A stretch of DNA of 64,000 bases from Bacteriovoracaceae bacterium (GTDB lineage Bacteria; Bdellovibrionota; Bacteriovoracia; Bacteriovoracales; Bacteriovoracaceae), in NCBI GenBank assembly GCA_018649885.1, contig JABIHA010000058.1:1-64000 (forward strand), given 5' to 3'. This document shows positions 24,681 through 34,827 of this stretch, one piece after another. The position numbers and the translations under genes are program-made. Position 1 is the first letter of the stretch. Every line of letters begins with the position of its first letter. The notes below the pieces were generated by a model. That model did not search any database, was not told where the DNA came from, and saw only the letters and a program-made list of their open reading frames with translations.

Positions 24681-25790
24681 CTAGTGAGGGTTTACTGCAA
24701 AGATGCTGGTTTCATCAAACCAATAGGATCCAAGCATAACCCTGTGTCCGCCCTGCTTACAAAAAGTATTTTTGAGTCGCATTTTTGAAAGAGTGTTCAC
24801 TGCCTTTTTGGGTAGTATGTCGGCACTATATTTTAGAAAGTCAGCCTTATTTCCAACTTTGACGAATCTTCTTCCTCTAAGGTTGAGGCGAAATGGAAAT
24901 TTGAAATACTGAAAGAAATGTAAGTAATCAAATTTTTTGATGGCCGCTCTTTTAAGAGAAAAGTAGGTTTTTATAAATGATTCTTTAAGGGAAACCGAAT
25001 CCATTTGACAGAGAGATCCCCCCTGGGCACCTTGATTCCTGGAAACTAATCCCGCAGGGTAATCATAGTAGAACTCAAGACGATTGTATCCGCAAAATGC
25101 AGTTTTAGATTCTATGAGAACATCATCATCACTAAATTCAAATTTAATCTTTTCATTTTTTGCTACTTGCTTTTTAGTTTTTGAGTACGGTGACTCTATT
25201 TTCAACAACCCTTTAAGATTTGCTTTGCAATTGGATTCAGAGAATTTTAATTGATATTCAATACCACCATTTTTTGTCAACCTTGTTTTTAAACTTCCTC
25301 CCAGTGTTTTGAAGTCTCCGGAGAAAAAAGCGGGGTCCTTTGATATGGATCTAGTATAGGGACAGGTAGAGTAATGGTAGGGAAATTGTCCACTTGATTT
25401 TCTATTTTGACGATCACTGGGAAAGCGACACGCATAGTTGGTACTGACCCAAAAGAACTCTCCTGATTTTGCTTTAACACAAGAATAGGTTCTCTTGTAA
25501 GGAGTAGAGCTAAAGCTTAAAATTTCCTCATACTGATAGATCGCATACTCTGTGAACTCTGTATTTTTTATGATTTTAGAAATGTCGAGAAGTTTGCAAT
25601 ATTTTGGATCTGAGCAAAATTTGGGATTGGGCCCAATGATTTTATTCGACACAATTCGAATCACTCTATTTGTGGCCGTCACCCCATCTGCTTTTACACC
25701 TTTTGGAACACACTTGGCGGGAATAGCGCTTGAATCTGCCCATAGATTAAAATAAAAAAGGGTGGACAAGAGCGATACAAATAATTTCAA
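24681..25790 (-). CDS. Secreted Cys-rich hypothetical protein
   Basis: TTG start with a GGAAAG RBS, signal peptide, about 10 Cys. Confidence 0.7.
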   Translation of the reverse strand: MKLFVSLLSTLFYFNLWADSSAIPAKCVPKGVKADGVTATNRVIRIVSNKIIGPNPKFCSDPKYCKLLDISKIIKNTEFTEYAIYQYEEILSFSSTPYKRTYSCVKAKSGEFFWVSTNYACRFPSDRQNRKSSGQFPYHYSTCPYTRSISKDPAFFSGDFKTLGGSLKTRLTKNGGIEYQLKFSESNCKANLKGLLKIESPYSKTKKQVAKNEKIKFEFSDDDVLIESKTAFCGYNRLEFYYDYPAGLVSRNQGAQGGSLCQMDSVSLKESFIKTYFSLKRAAIKKFDYLHFFQYFKFPFRLNLRGRRFVKVGNKADFLKYSADILPKKAVNTLSKMRLKNTFCKQGGHRVMLGSYWFDETSIFAVNPH

Positions 25791-25855
25791 GATTCTTTCC
25801 TTAAAATACAGAATTTTATATTGAATTGTATTTTAAATATCTGAGATAGGCCATT

Positions 25856-26707
25856 TTACAAGAGGTAGTGCTGACATTCACCACTGGCACTTAGAAGTAT
25901 AAAACCTCTAACCAGTTTTCCATCGTAACTACCAGTATCTTCTGAACCTTCATTGGGGTGTGCAAGTTCGGTACCCAACAGCTGAGCATCCATAGTGCCG
26001 CTAATTGCCATGGATGAAAATGAACTAGACCCGGTCAAACCATAGTTGTTTTGAATATTGTATTCATCTGTTGCCGTGAGAGATCTCTGAATTGTTCCGG
26101 CCGAAATAGTGGGCCCCATAACAGTATTTGATGAGCTGTGATCAAGGCCTAGAAGATGACCTGTCTCGTGAAGGATAATTGAGGGTAAATCATAAGTCCC
26201 ATTTGATCCATTGGTTGAAAAATTCCAGTTTTCTTCGTTTATAAAGATATCGGCATGCTCTAGTTCTATATAACTTCTGCCACTACTATCAATTCGGGTA
26301 ACTCCAAAGTACTGAGTGACAGCAAGAGCATCTGATGAAAGTGAGCTAGGCCAATCAGTTAAACGATAAATTCCCATTTCACCGTCATAGTAATCTTCCA
26401 GGTTTTGTCTTTCCACATTTGGACCTGTAGTAGTTGATGTAAAGAAATCTTTTCCACCATTCGTGGCCGTTTCCCACTTCCCTAACATGCTTGAAAAATA
26501 CGAGTGATCGCTATTTGAAAAATCATCGGAATAAGTGATTGTTAGTGGTAACCTGTTATCCGGCCAATGACTATTGCCTTTAGAGCTAGCAGAAGAGCTT
26601 CCTGAGGAGGTATTAGAAGTCCTCTCTCCTCCACTGCTTCCACCCATAAGTGCATTACAGCTGGTTAAAATTATGAAACTGGCCATTAATAAAAATTTTT
26701 GTAGCAT
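25856..26707 (-). CDS. Matrixin (M10/metzincin) metalloprotease lipoprotein
   Basis: Lipobox LTSC, Ser-rich linker, HETGHLLGLDH zinc motif, Met-turn VMGP. Confidence 0.9.
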   Translation of the reverse strand: MLQKFLLMASFIILTSCNALMGGSSGGERTSNTSSGSSSASSKGNSHWPDNRLPLTITYSDDFSNSDHSYFSSMLGKWETATNGGKDFFTSTTTGPNVERQNLEDYYDGEMGIYRLTDWPSSLSSDALAVTQYFGVTRIDSSGRSYIELEHADIFINEENWNFSTNGSNGTYDLPSIILHETGHLLGLDHSSSNTVMGPTISAGTIQRSLTATDEYNIQNNYGLTGSSSFSSMAISGTMDAQLLGTELAHPNEGSEDTGSYDGKLVRGFILLSASGECQHYLL

Positions 26708-26964
26708 CCATTTTCCCTTGCTCTTCTATTTTCAGGCCATAGGGAAATCAATGCTCCATAAATGTTACTATTAATGAAAAAATGTTCTTTTTACCATCAT
26801 TTAGACAATACGTGCATATTTAGGTCACTAAAAAGAGCGCCAATAATTATTGCGGTATTTGGGCCATGAGCACAATAAAATATATTTATATAATGTTATA
26901 CCTACCTCATATTTTATTTGGAAAAAAGATGTTTAAAGTTGGTGAAAATAGTTATGGGAAAATT

Positions 26965-27330
26965 CTGTTCACGATACTGGAGCTTTTAGTGATCTAATGA
27001 AGTCCTATAAATATCTTTAACAGGGTCGCCCAGACAAGGCATGATTTTTAAGCAGAGTATTTTTTCCTGTAACATTTGTGGAATCAATTAAGGAAGGATG
27101 CTGTTCACGGTGCTGGAACTTTTAGTGATCCTATGAAGTCTTATAAGCACCTTCATCGGGGTCGTCGCCCAGACAAGGCATACTTTTTAAGCAGAGTATT
27201 TTTTCCTATAAGATTTGTGGAATCAGTTAAGGGAGGATGCTGTTCACGGTGCTGGAAGTTTTAGTTATTTTATGAAGTCTTATAAGCACCTTCTATCAAG
27301 GCGTAAATTTTTAAGCAAAGTAATTTTTTA
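26965..27330 (+). repeat. Tandem array of ~136-139-bp non-coding direct repeats (two full units plus a third, shortened and diverging unit)
   Basis: Units start with CTGTTCACG at 26965, 27101 and 27240. They share TTTTAGT.AT..ATGAAGTC.TATAA and AAGGC.T..TTTTAAGCA.AGTA; units 1 and 2 also share ATTTGTGGAATCA.TTAAGG.AGGATG. Confidence 0.95.
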
Positions 27331-27396
27331 TTGATGTCTCGCTCTAGCAGAGTTTAGTTAGCGTGGTAATTGCTCTTATTAAAAATAAATATGTGG
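27175..27396 (+). repeat. Left arm of a long inverted repeat (pairs with 28641-28864)
   Basis: 27209-27307 is the exact reverse complement of 28732-28830; 27175-27348 vs 28691-28864 has 4 mismatches in 174 bp; degenerate match continues to about 27396. Confidence 0.95.
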
Positions 27397-27544
27397 TTCG
27401 GTGGTAAATTTGATTAATACATTAGTTTGTCAGTTTGATAGCTATTTGGATTTTTTTTTGTCAATGTGGTGGGACAAATTTTGGCCGCAGCTTGATATCA
27501 ATAAACAAGTAAGAGAAAAAAATTGAAGCCGATCTATGAGTTGC

Positions 27545-28414
27545 CTAGCTCTGATTTATATATAAATCCATTTTTCCTTGTGAGAGTGCCACAATAGCAG
27601 CTCTTGCATTACAATTTGAGCATAATTGGCGCACGTTCCCAATCGCCGATGATCCTGAAATACTATAAGGGATGATGTGATCAAAGTGTAGATTGTATTT
27701 TGAACCACAGTTCTCACACTTATTTCCGGATCTTGCGATCACAGCTTTTTTGATAACAGCAGAGATTGCTCTTTTGTTTGTGATGACCTTAGATTTTCTT
27801 GATCCAATACCCTTTATCTTTTTTCTCATGGATTCTGCCGCAGAATTAATAATATGTCCGATGACCTCATCTGGTTTATAGATTCCCTTATTAGATAGCT
27901 GCTCTTTTATAAACTCATAGTCTTTTGCAGTTTGTCCCACCAAGGTTAGGTGCATACGTAGACTACCATCTGAATGAGCACAAGTTTTAAATTTTGTAGC
28001 ACGCTTCTTTCCAGTTAATTCGTCCACCATCTCCCTTGTCTGGGTTTGAGTTTTCCCTTTAATACAGTTGAGTATTTCATTTTTCTTTTTGTTGCTTTTG
28101 ATATTTCCCACTAAATTTGAGACTTCGGCAAGGTTAGTAAGTGTCACTTGTTTATTTGCCAGTGCTTTATCCGCACCTGGAATATGTCTTAGTGTTTTTG
28201 CTGCTAAAACCCTGCGACTTGTTTCACTATCACTTTTATTAAAATTCTTGCGAATATATTTAAAGAGAGAGCCTGTCTTGTCATCACAAAAAAGTCTCCG
28301 TCTATTGACTTCATTAATGTGGCGAAGGAATTGGCGAGTACAATGTTCCTCTTTTTCATTCCACATTTTAGTATCTGCAATAAGTCTTTCATCTGATAAG
28401 TTTCGTAATGACAA
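27545..28414 (-). CDS. HNH endonuclease with an N-terminal helical (DUF222-like) domain
   Basis: GGAGG RBS and TTG at 28414 (MSLRNLSDERL); C-terminal R.IS..IKKAVIARSGNKCENCG..LHFDHIIPYSISGSSAIGNVRQLCSNCN, a McrA-type Zn-HNH. Confidence 0.9.
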   Translation of the reverse strand: MSLRNLSDERLIADTKMWNEKEEHCTRQFLRHINEVNRRRLFCDDKTGSLFKYIRKNFNKSDSETSRRVLAAKTLRHIPGADKALANKQVTLTNLAEVSNLVGNIKSNKKKNEILNCIKGKTQTQTREMVDELTGKKRATKFKTCAHSDGSLRMHLTLVGQTAKDYEFIKEQLSNKGIYKPDEVIGHIINSAAESMRKKIKGIGSRKSKVITNKRAISAVIKKAVIARSGNKCENCGSKYNLHFDHIIPYSISGSSAIGNVRQLCSNCNARAAIVALSQGKMDLYINQS

Positions 28415-28640
28415 AGCTACCTCCCAATTAGAAGTAACATACCATTTCAATCACATAAATTAAATGAAAAGATAAAAAGTTGTCCAATCTGAAGTTAATA
28501 AAGGCTAGTGCAGTAAGCACTTTTAAGCAACTCACATTCAAAAAACAAGGCAATGTAAAATACAACACATCAACCAATTATCACAAAACCATTCCACCAA
28601 ACTGATAAAAAAAGACAAAGATTCCAAATACCCATAAGGC

Positions 28641-28864
28641 CCACATAATCACTTTTTCTATAAAAGCAACTACCACGCTAATTAAATCCAGCTAGAGCGA
28701 GACATCAATAAAAAATTACTTTGCTTAAAAGTTTACGCCTTGATAGAAGGTGCTTATAAGACTTCATAAAATAACTAAAACTTCCAGCACCGTGAACAGC
28801 ATCCTCCCTTAACTGATTCCACAAATCTTACAGAAAAAAATACTCTGCTTAAAAAGCATGCCTT
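28641..28864 (-). repeat. Right arm of the long inverted repeat (pairs with 27175-27396)
   Basis: Its reverse complement matches the left arm base by base. Confidence 0.95.
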
Positions 28865-29058
28865 TTCTGTGCATCCCTGAAAAGTGCTCTTCAAAATTTA
28901 GCATCCCCACTAATTTTTCCAGGACCATAAACAACTTACCCCGCAATTCGTTCTACAAGGCGCTCTTCCCTTAAAGAAGTCATCTTTAAGCACTCTTCTG
29001 CAAAATTAAGTGGGGTTTTAATCAGATAGCCAAATACAAGGTTATCAGCACAATTTAC

Positions 29059-29709
29059 TTAAAAAATTTTTGGATTATTGAAGTCATTATTGTCAATGCA
29101 CATAGAGGCCTTACTCATAGGATTGCAGCGATTAAGATAAATCAACTGTCCCTGGTAATATCTTGTGTTCTTTTCATCGAGAAAATCTGCAGGACAACCA
29201 TCACGTTTTGCCATTCTTTGGTATGTAGTTCCAAAAGAGGCATCGAGAAATACTGAATAATCCCAATAGTCACACACCTCTTCTCGGTGGAGAAATATCC
29301 CATCAAAAACCAAGATCACATCTTCAGCAAATGAAATGGGACAGCTGGCCAGCTCTGAGTCTATTTTGTGATCAAAATGCTTTAAATCGATTTGTGGATC
29401 GGTTTAAAATTTTAATGGATCAAGCAGCTTTTGTTTTACAGCATGGTAATTAAAAGAATCCTCAAAAAAACTTTCAGCAGAGCTTTTTCCTTCTGGATAT
29501 CTTTTTATTCGTGGGTTATGAAAATAGTCAATTGAGCTATGTAGTACTGATCGGTCAAAAGACTCTAGAACACTTGTCAATTCAGTTGCAAAGTGTGTTT
29601 TCCCCGATCCATCAACTCCATCTATTCCTACAAGAAGTGGACCTTGTTTATCGATGGATAAAAGTTTTTTTGCAAGTGAAACTAAAAATTTGTTTTTAAC
29701 ATTCATCAA
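29059..29709 (-). pseudogene. Uridine-kinase-like P-loop kinase split by an in-frame TAA at 29404-29406
   Basis: The two ORFs share one frame: IDGVDGSGKT..SIDYFHNPR..DPLKF*TDPQIDLKHFDH..LVFDGIFLHR..WDYSVFLD..RYYQGQLIY. Confidence 0.85.
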
Positions 29710-29732
29710 GTTGAAACCAATAGTTGAGGATA

Positions 29733-30842
29733 TTAAATCTGGCAGTTATTGAATTTAGCAAAGGCCTTTAATTTATTCATAACTCGGTCTTTGTACTTAG
29801 TCTTATACTCCTGGCTTTCCCAGGAAAGGGTGTTAACAAGGAGTTTCCCCACTTTGCGATCGGCCTTACAATCAATTCTGGCCACGAAGTTTTGTCCCAC
29901 AAGAATGGGAAGACAGAAGTAGCCATACTTTCTTTTTGCGGCTGGAACATAGCATTCGATTTGATAGTCAAAATCAAAAAAATCTAATAATTTTTTTCTC
30001 TGAATAACCAAGTTATCAAAGGGGGAGAGAATGTGAACTTGTCTATTTCTGACAGGCTTATGGTGGAGGGTCTGAGGACTAGCAAAGTAGTCTTGATCAA
30101 TACCTTCTACTGCCAACCTAACCAACTCTCCATTTTCAACCAAGTGATTAACTTCAGTTTTCACAAGATTTTTAATGTGGCCACGTTGTAAGTAGGCCAT
30201 CTCACTAGGAGTGGCAAAGTTGTGGTGCCTAAGAGTTCGCCTTATAAGATATTGTGCAAATTCAGAATCCGTGGGCATGGTTTTATCAACACTGTCTGGT
30301 ATCACTCTCTGTGCTAAATCATAAACTTTATGAAAGCCTTGGCGGTGTGTGACTTCAAGCTTTCCCTCCATAAAAAGTCTTTCAAGTGCTTTTTTGGCCG
30401 GCTTCCACTGCCACCAGCCATTCTTTGTGTCACTAGGCGCGCTAAAATCCTTTGACTGAAGGGCCCCCTCATTTTTTATGCGCGAGAGTACCGCTTTCAT
30501 TAATTTAGGATCTCTTGGCCACCATGAACTCTCCCTTTTAGCAAAGCGCTTTTTCATATGAAGAGTGTATCTATAATCTTCCATTGGAAGATAAGCCGCT
30601 GCATGGGCCCAGTACTCAAAGGCCTGCCTTGAGCTAACTAATTGTTCCAGATCACTCGGCTTATATTTTGGGAATCGACTCCAAAAAACGTGGTGGTGGG
30701 CCCTTTCAACAACACTGATGGTATCAATTTGGACATAACCGAGCTGCTTTAAAACATCTATGGGAGAACTCGAAACACTACCTAGTGCTTGGCCTTGGAG
30801 GAGAAGACTTCGTGCTTGAGAAAGAGAGAGTTTATAAGTCAT
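29733..30842 (-). CDS. ycaQ: YcaQ/AlkZ-family interstrand crosslink DNA glycosylase
   Basis: VQIDTISVVERAHH, FEYWAHAA, LSPFDNL, YQIECYVPAAKRKYGYFCLPIL. Confidence 0.9.
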   Translation of the reverse strand: MTYKLSLSQARSLLLQGQALGSVSSSPIDVLKQLGYVQIDTISVVERAHHHVFWSRFPKYKPSDLEQLVSSRQAFEYWAHAAAYLPMEDYRYTLHMKKRFAKRESSWWPRDPKLMKAVLSRIKNEGALQSKDFSAPSDTKNGWWQWKPAKKALERLFMEGKLEVTHRQGFHKVYDLAQRVIPDSVDKTMPTDSEFAQYLIRRTLRHHNFATPSEMAYLQRGHIKNLVKTEVNHLVENGELVRLAVEGIDQDYFASPQTLHHKPVRNRQVHILSPFDNLVIQRKKLLDFFDFDYQIECYVPAAKRKYGYFCLPILVGQNFVARIDCKADRKVGKLLVNTLSWESQEYKTKYKDRVMNKLKAFAKFNNCQI

Positions 30843-30930
30843 CCCTTGTATTTACTAAATCAGGAGCCTAGGCGCAAATAATCATAAAAGGACCCATTTT
30901 GAAAGTCTGCAAGAAGTGATACAATTTTGT

Positions 30931-32160
30931 ATGTCGAAAAATACAACTCCTAGCTGGAAAGCGAAAATGAAAGTCTATCGGGCCCATCAACTAATGATGA
31001 GGTCCCTATCAAAGGTAATCCCCTTTCCAAGGCCCAAATTATTAACTGGTGCTGGGTGTGTAAGTGAGTTGGCCGACCATATAAAACAAAAAGGTTTAAA
31101 AAGGGTTTTAATTGTCACCGATAGTGTCTTGATGGGATTAAAACTCCTAGACACTCTCACCGCCTCTTTTGATAAACACAATATTAAATACACAATTTTT
31201 GATGAAGTGCAGCCTAATCCAACTATTAAAAATGTTGAAGATGGAAGAAAGGTCTACCTAAAAAACCGCTGTAATGGCATCGTGGCGTTTGGTGGTGGCT
31301 CCCCCATGGACTGTGCAAAGATGATTGGAGCCCGAGTACGTAACCCCTATATGTCGGTACAAAAAATGAGGGGTCTATTTAGAGTTTTTATCCCTATCCC
31401 ACCATTTTATTGCGTTCCCACTACTGCAGGTACTGGATCAGAAACAACAATTGTCGCCGTTATAAGTAATCCTGAAACCCACGAAAAACTTGTTATTACA
31501 GATTTTAAATTGGTGCCTAAGGTTGCAGTTCTTGATCCTGAGTTAATGGTAGGTCTTCCAAAACATATTACCTCCACAACAGGAATGGATGCTCTTACTC
31601 ATGCCATTGAAGCTTATATTGGCCACAATGGAACAAAATTTACAAACGGTAATGCAGAAGAGGCCACAAAACTAATTTTTGAAAATCTTGAGAAGGTCTA
31701 TCACGACGGATCAGATCTTGAGGCGAGAAGTAATATGGCCTTGGCCTCTTTTTATGCAGGCCTTGCTTTTACCAAGGCCTATGTGGGTTATGTACACGCC
31801 ATTGCTCATAATATGGGTGGCCTTTATGGAGTGCCTCACGGTCTTGCCAATGCCATCATCCTTCCCCATGTCTTAGAGTTTTCGGCAGAAGCTGCAGAGT
31901 CTAAACTTGCAAGTCTTGCTATCGCTGGTGGCATAGGAAAATCTACAGAATCAGAAAGAGAGCTTTCACATCGCTTTATCGCTAAAGTAAAGGCCATGAA
32001 TGAAAATATGAGTATGCCCACCACTATAAAAGAGCTTAAAGAAAGTGATATACCCCTTATTGCAAAACGTGCGCTTGCAGAGGCCCATCCCGATTACCCT
32101 GTACCTACTTTTATGTGCCAAAGTGAGTGTGAGGATTTAATAAGAAAACTTCTGCCTTAG
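30931..32160 (+). CDS. Iron-containing alcohol dehydrogenase
   Basis: GGGSPMD, PTTAGTGSE, GMDALTHAIEAY, HAIAH, PHGLANA. Confidence 0.95.
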   Translation: MSKNTTPSWKAKMKVYRAHQLMMRSLSKVIPFPRPKLLTGAGCVSELADHIKQKGLKRVLIVTDSVLMGLKLLDTLTASFDKHNIKYTIFDEVQPNPTIKNVEDGRKVYLKNRCNGIVAFGGGSPMDCAKMIGARVRNPYMSVQKMRGLFRVFIPIPPFYCVPTTAGTGSETTIVAVISNPETHEKLVITDFKLVPKVAVLDPELMVGLPKHITSTTGMDALTHAIEAYIGHNGTKFTNGNAEEATKLIFENLEKVYHDGSDLEARSNMALASFYAGLAFTKAYVGYVHAIAHNMGGLYGVPHGLANAIILPHVLEFSAEAAESKLASLAIAGGIGKSTESERELSHRFIAKVKAMNENMSMPTTIKELKESDIPLIAKRALAEAHPDYPVPTFMCQSECEDLIRKLLP

Positions 32161-32185
32161 CCCACTGTACCCTCTCGGCCCTAAA

Positions 32186-34384
32186 CTATATTTTTGTTGT
32201 CTTTAGCCTCAGTGAATTTGTAATAACTGAAACGGAACTAAAGCTCATGGCCGCAGCTGCAATCATTGGGCTCAGTAAAATTCCAAAAAAGGGATATAGA
32301 ACTCCAGCAGCAATGGGTACCCCAGCAGCGTTGTAGATAAAAGCAAAGAATAAATTTTGCTTTATATTGGCCATGGTAGCACGACTCAATTTTCTGGCGC
32401 GAACAATACCTCTTAGGTCCCCCTTAACAAGTGTCACTCCAGCACTTTCCATGGCCACATCTGTTCCCGTGCCCATGGCCACTCCGACATGGGCCTTAGC
32501 CAGTGCGGGAGCATCATTAATGCCGTCTCCTGCCATGGCGACAATTTTTCCTTCGCCTTGAAGTTTAGTGATGGCCTCTACTTTTTGTTCAGGTAGAACT
32601 TCTGCAATGACTTTATCTATTCCTAGCTTCCCTGCTACCGCCTCAGCAGTTGTTAAGCTATCACCAGTCAGCATCACTAATTCGAGTCCTTCTTTGTGAA
32701 GTTCTAAAATCGCCTCTGCAGTTGTCTCTTTTATGGGGTCGGCCACTCCAATCAATCCACCAAGTGAATTATCGATTGCCACAAACATTACTGTTTGCCC
32801 CTCTCGCCTATAACTTTCCGCCTCGGTCATAACATCTTCTAGAGAAATATTTAAATCCCTCATTAAAGATGCATTTCCTAAGGCCACCTCTTTGTTATTG
32901 ATAAGACCTTTAACACCCTTACCAGTCACAGATTCAAAGTTAGTCACACTTGAGAAGTCGATATTTCGATCCATTGCACCTTTGACGATCGCCTCGGCAA
33001 GTGGATGCTCACTGGCTTTTTCAATGCTACCGACAAAACTTAAAAGAGAGCTCTCATCTAATTCTCCCATGACCTTGACAGTCACAAGCTTTGGTCTTCC
33101 CTCAGTTAAAGTCCCCGTTTTATCAACAACTAAAGTGTCCACCTTTCTCATCACTTCAATAGATTCTGCATTTTTAAAGAGCACTCCCATAGTAGCTCCC
33201 CTTCCGGTGGAAACCATAATAGACATGGGGGTAGCAAGCCCCAGAGCACATGGACAGGCAATAATGAGAACTGCAACAGAGTTAATCATGGCATAGGCCA
33301 TAGCAGGATCTGGTCCCCAATTGGCCCAGACGATAAAAGTGGTGATTGCTGCAAAAATGACTGCAGGAACAAAGTAGCCCGCAACCACATCGGCCATTTT
33401 TTGGATAGGAGCGCGACTTCTTTGCGCCTCAGCAACCATGTGAACGATTCTAGAGAGTAAGGTGTCTGCACCTATTTTTTTTGCAACGATTACAAGTGAG
33501 CCTGTCCCATTAATTGTGGCCCCAACGACTTTCTCTCCAGACATTTTCTCAACAGGAATGGGCTCACCTGTTATCATTGATTCATCAACTGAACTTTTTC
33601 CCTCTAAGACTATACCATCGACAGGAATTTTTTCACCAGGTCTTACTCTTAGTTTGTCACCTAACTGGACTGCTTCAAGTGGAGTGTCTTCTTCTGATCC
33701 ATCTGGATTAATTTTTCTTGCAGACTTGGCAGCTAAACCTAAGAGTTTTTTTATCGCCTCATTGGTCTGACTTCTGGCACGAAGCTCTAAAACTTGCCCC
33801 AATAATATCAAAGTCACGATGACACCTGCGGCTTCATAGTAGACAGCAACATGTCCACTTGCATCTCTAAATGAAATTGGAAATAAATTGGGAATGATGG
33901 TTGCGACCAAGCTATATAAATAGGCCACACTCACCCCCAAACCAATTAATGTGAACATATTGAGGCTTTTTCTTTTTATAGAATCAATTGCCCTCATGTA
34001 AAATGGCCATGCAGAATAAAGAGTCACAGGAGTTGCTAGTAAAAACTCAATTCCAATTTTCCACTTTGGTGAAAAAACTTTAGATATTGGACTACCTGGT
34101 AAAAGATCTCCCATGGAAACAATAAATAGTGGAATAGTAAAAAGTGCTGCAAGAGCAAATCTTCTTTTCATGTCAGCTAGTTCTTCATTTCCGCTATCAT
34201 CTGCAATAAGTGGCTCTAGTGCCATGCCACACTTGGGACATGGCCCTGGACCAATTTGTCTTATTTCTGGGTGCATAGGACAGGTATAGACAGCATTGGG
34301 ATCACTGCTTTTATGACTTGCAGTTGAGGCTGCATGCTCTTTGTGATGATGACAACTGTGTTTCATCTCTGAGTGCGTTTCCAT
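32186..34384 (-). CDS. copA: Cu(I)-translocating P1B-type ATPase
   Basis: His-rich N-terminus with [46 protein letters not shown]. Confidence 0.95.
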   Translation of the reverse strand: METHSEMKHSCHHHKEHAASTASHKSSDPNAVYTCPMHPEIRQIGPGPCPKCGMALEPLIADDSGNEELADMKRRFALAALFTIPLFIVSMGDLLPGSPISKVFSPKWKIGIEFLLATPVTLYSAWPFYMRAIDSIKRKSLNMFTLIGLGVSVAYLYSLVATIIPNLFPISFRDASGHVAVYYEAAGVIVTLILLGQVLELRARSQTNEAIKKLLGLAAKSARKINPDGSEEDTPLEAVQLGDKLRVRPGEKIPVDGIVLEGKSSVDESMITGEPIPVEKMSGEKVVGATINGTGSLVIVAKKIGADTLLSRIVHMVAEAQRSRAPIQKMADVVAGYFVPAVIFAAITTFIVWANWGPDPAMAYAMINSVAVLIIACPCALGLATPMSIMVSTGRGATMGVLFKNAESIEVMRKVDTLVVDKTGTLTEGRPKLVTVKVMGELDESSLLSFVGSIEKASEHPLAEAIVKGAMDRNIDFSSVTNFESVTGKGVKGLINNKEVALGNASLMRDLNISLEDVMTEAESYRREGQTVMFVAIDNSLGGLIGVADPIKETTAEAILELHKEGLELVMLTGDSLTTAEAVAGKLGIDKVIAEVLPEQKVEAITKLQGEGKIVAMAGDGINDAPALAKAHVGVAMGTGTDVAMESAGVTLVKGDLRGIVRARKLSRATMANIKQNLFFAFIYNAAGVPIAAGVLYPFFGILLSPMIAAAAMSFSSVSVITNSLRLKTTKI

Positions 34385-34396
34385 CAGTATTTTCCT

Positions 34397-34684
34397 TTAT
34401 AATTTTCCACGTTTTACTTTTGTGATAATCTCCATTAACTCATTAACGAGATCCTCCGTATTGGCAGCTGATTTTCTTTTTAGAGAGTCTTTTACACAAC
34501 CTTCCACATGTCCTCTTAAAATATTTAATTCCACTGAATTAAGGGCCGCTTTAACAGCTTTAACTTGATTGAGAATATCAATACAATAGCGTTCATCTTC
34601 AATCATTTTGATGATTCCTCGAACCTGCCCCTCAACTTTGTTGAGTGAGATCACTTCTTGAATATGACACGATCCCTTTTTCAC
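34397..34684 (-). CDS. csoR: CsoR-family copper-sensing repressor
   Basis: EGQVRGI.KMIEDERYCIDILNQ..HVEGC (Cys-His-Cys ligands); directly upstream of copA. Confidence 0.9.
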   Translation of the reverse strand: MKKGSCHIQEVISLNKVEGQVRGIIKMIEDERYCIDILNQVKAVKAALNSVELNILRGHVEGCVKDSLKRKSAANTEDLVNELMEIITKVKRGKL

Positions 34685-34739
34685 AAATACCTCACCTTAT
34701 ATTTAATCCACTGCTAATTGGAGCTTACCCCTTGCTTCT

Positions 34740-34754
34740 ATACCCCCCAGGGTA
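34740..34754. promoter_or_regulatory. Putative CsoR operator
   Basis: ATACCCCCCAGGGTA, a TACC/GGTA pseudo-palindrome with C/G tracts, about 55 bp upstream of csoR. Confidence 0.75.
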
Positions 34755-34827
34755 CATAGCAAGAATAAACATGACTATACTCATGAAATTTAATCAGATA
34801 CAAAAGTGGCGGCTGCAGCCAGGATGG

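Larger units (their letters stand above)
26965..28864. mobile_element. Putative inverted-repeat-bounded HNH element (mobility not demonstrated)
   Basis: A single HNH ORF enclosed by long inverted repeats; no transposase and no target-site duplication identified. Confidence 0.5.

Noticed and set aside
27076..27264. 62-aa ORF within the repeat array
   Set aside because: Units differ by non-triplet indels and there is no RBS; likely a chance frame
26965..27330. Possible CRISPR array
   Set aside because: Units are ~137 bp and similar along most of their length, with no unique spacers and no cas genes in the window
27545..28414. IscB/Cas9 or group II intron-encoded protein identity for the HNH ORF
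   Set aside because: No PLMP, split RuvC or reverse-transcriptase motifs are visible
28068..28463. 131-aa ORF antisense to the HNH gene
   Set aside because: Typical antisense shadow composition (S/L/F-rich) and no RBS
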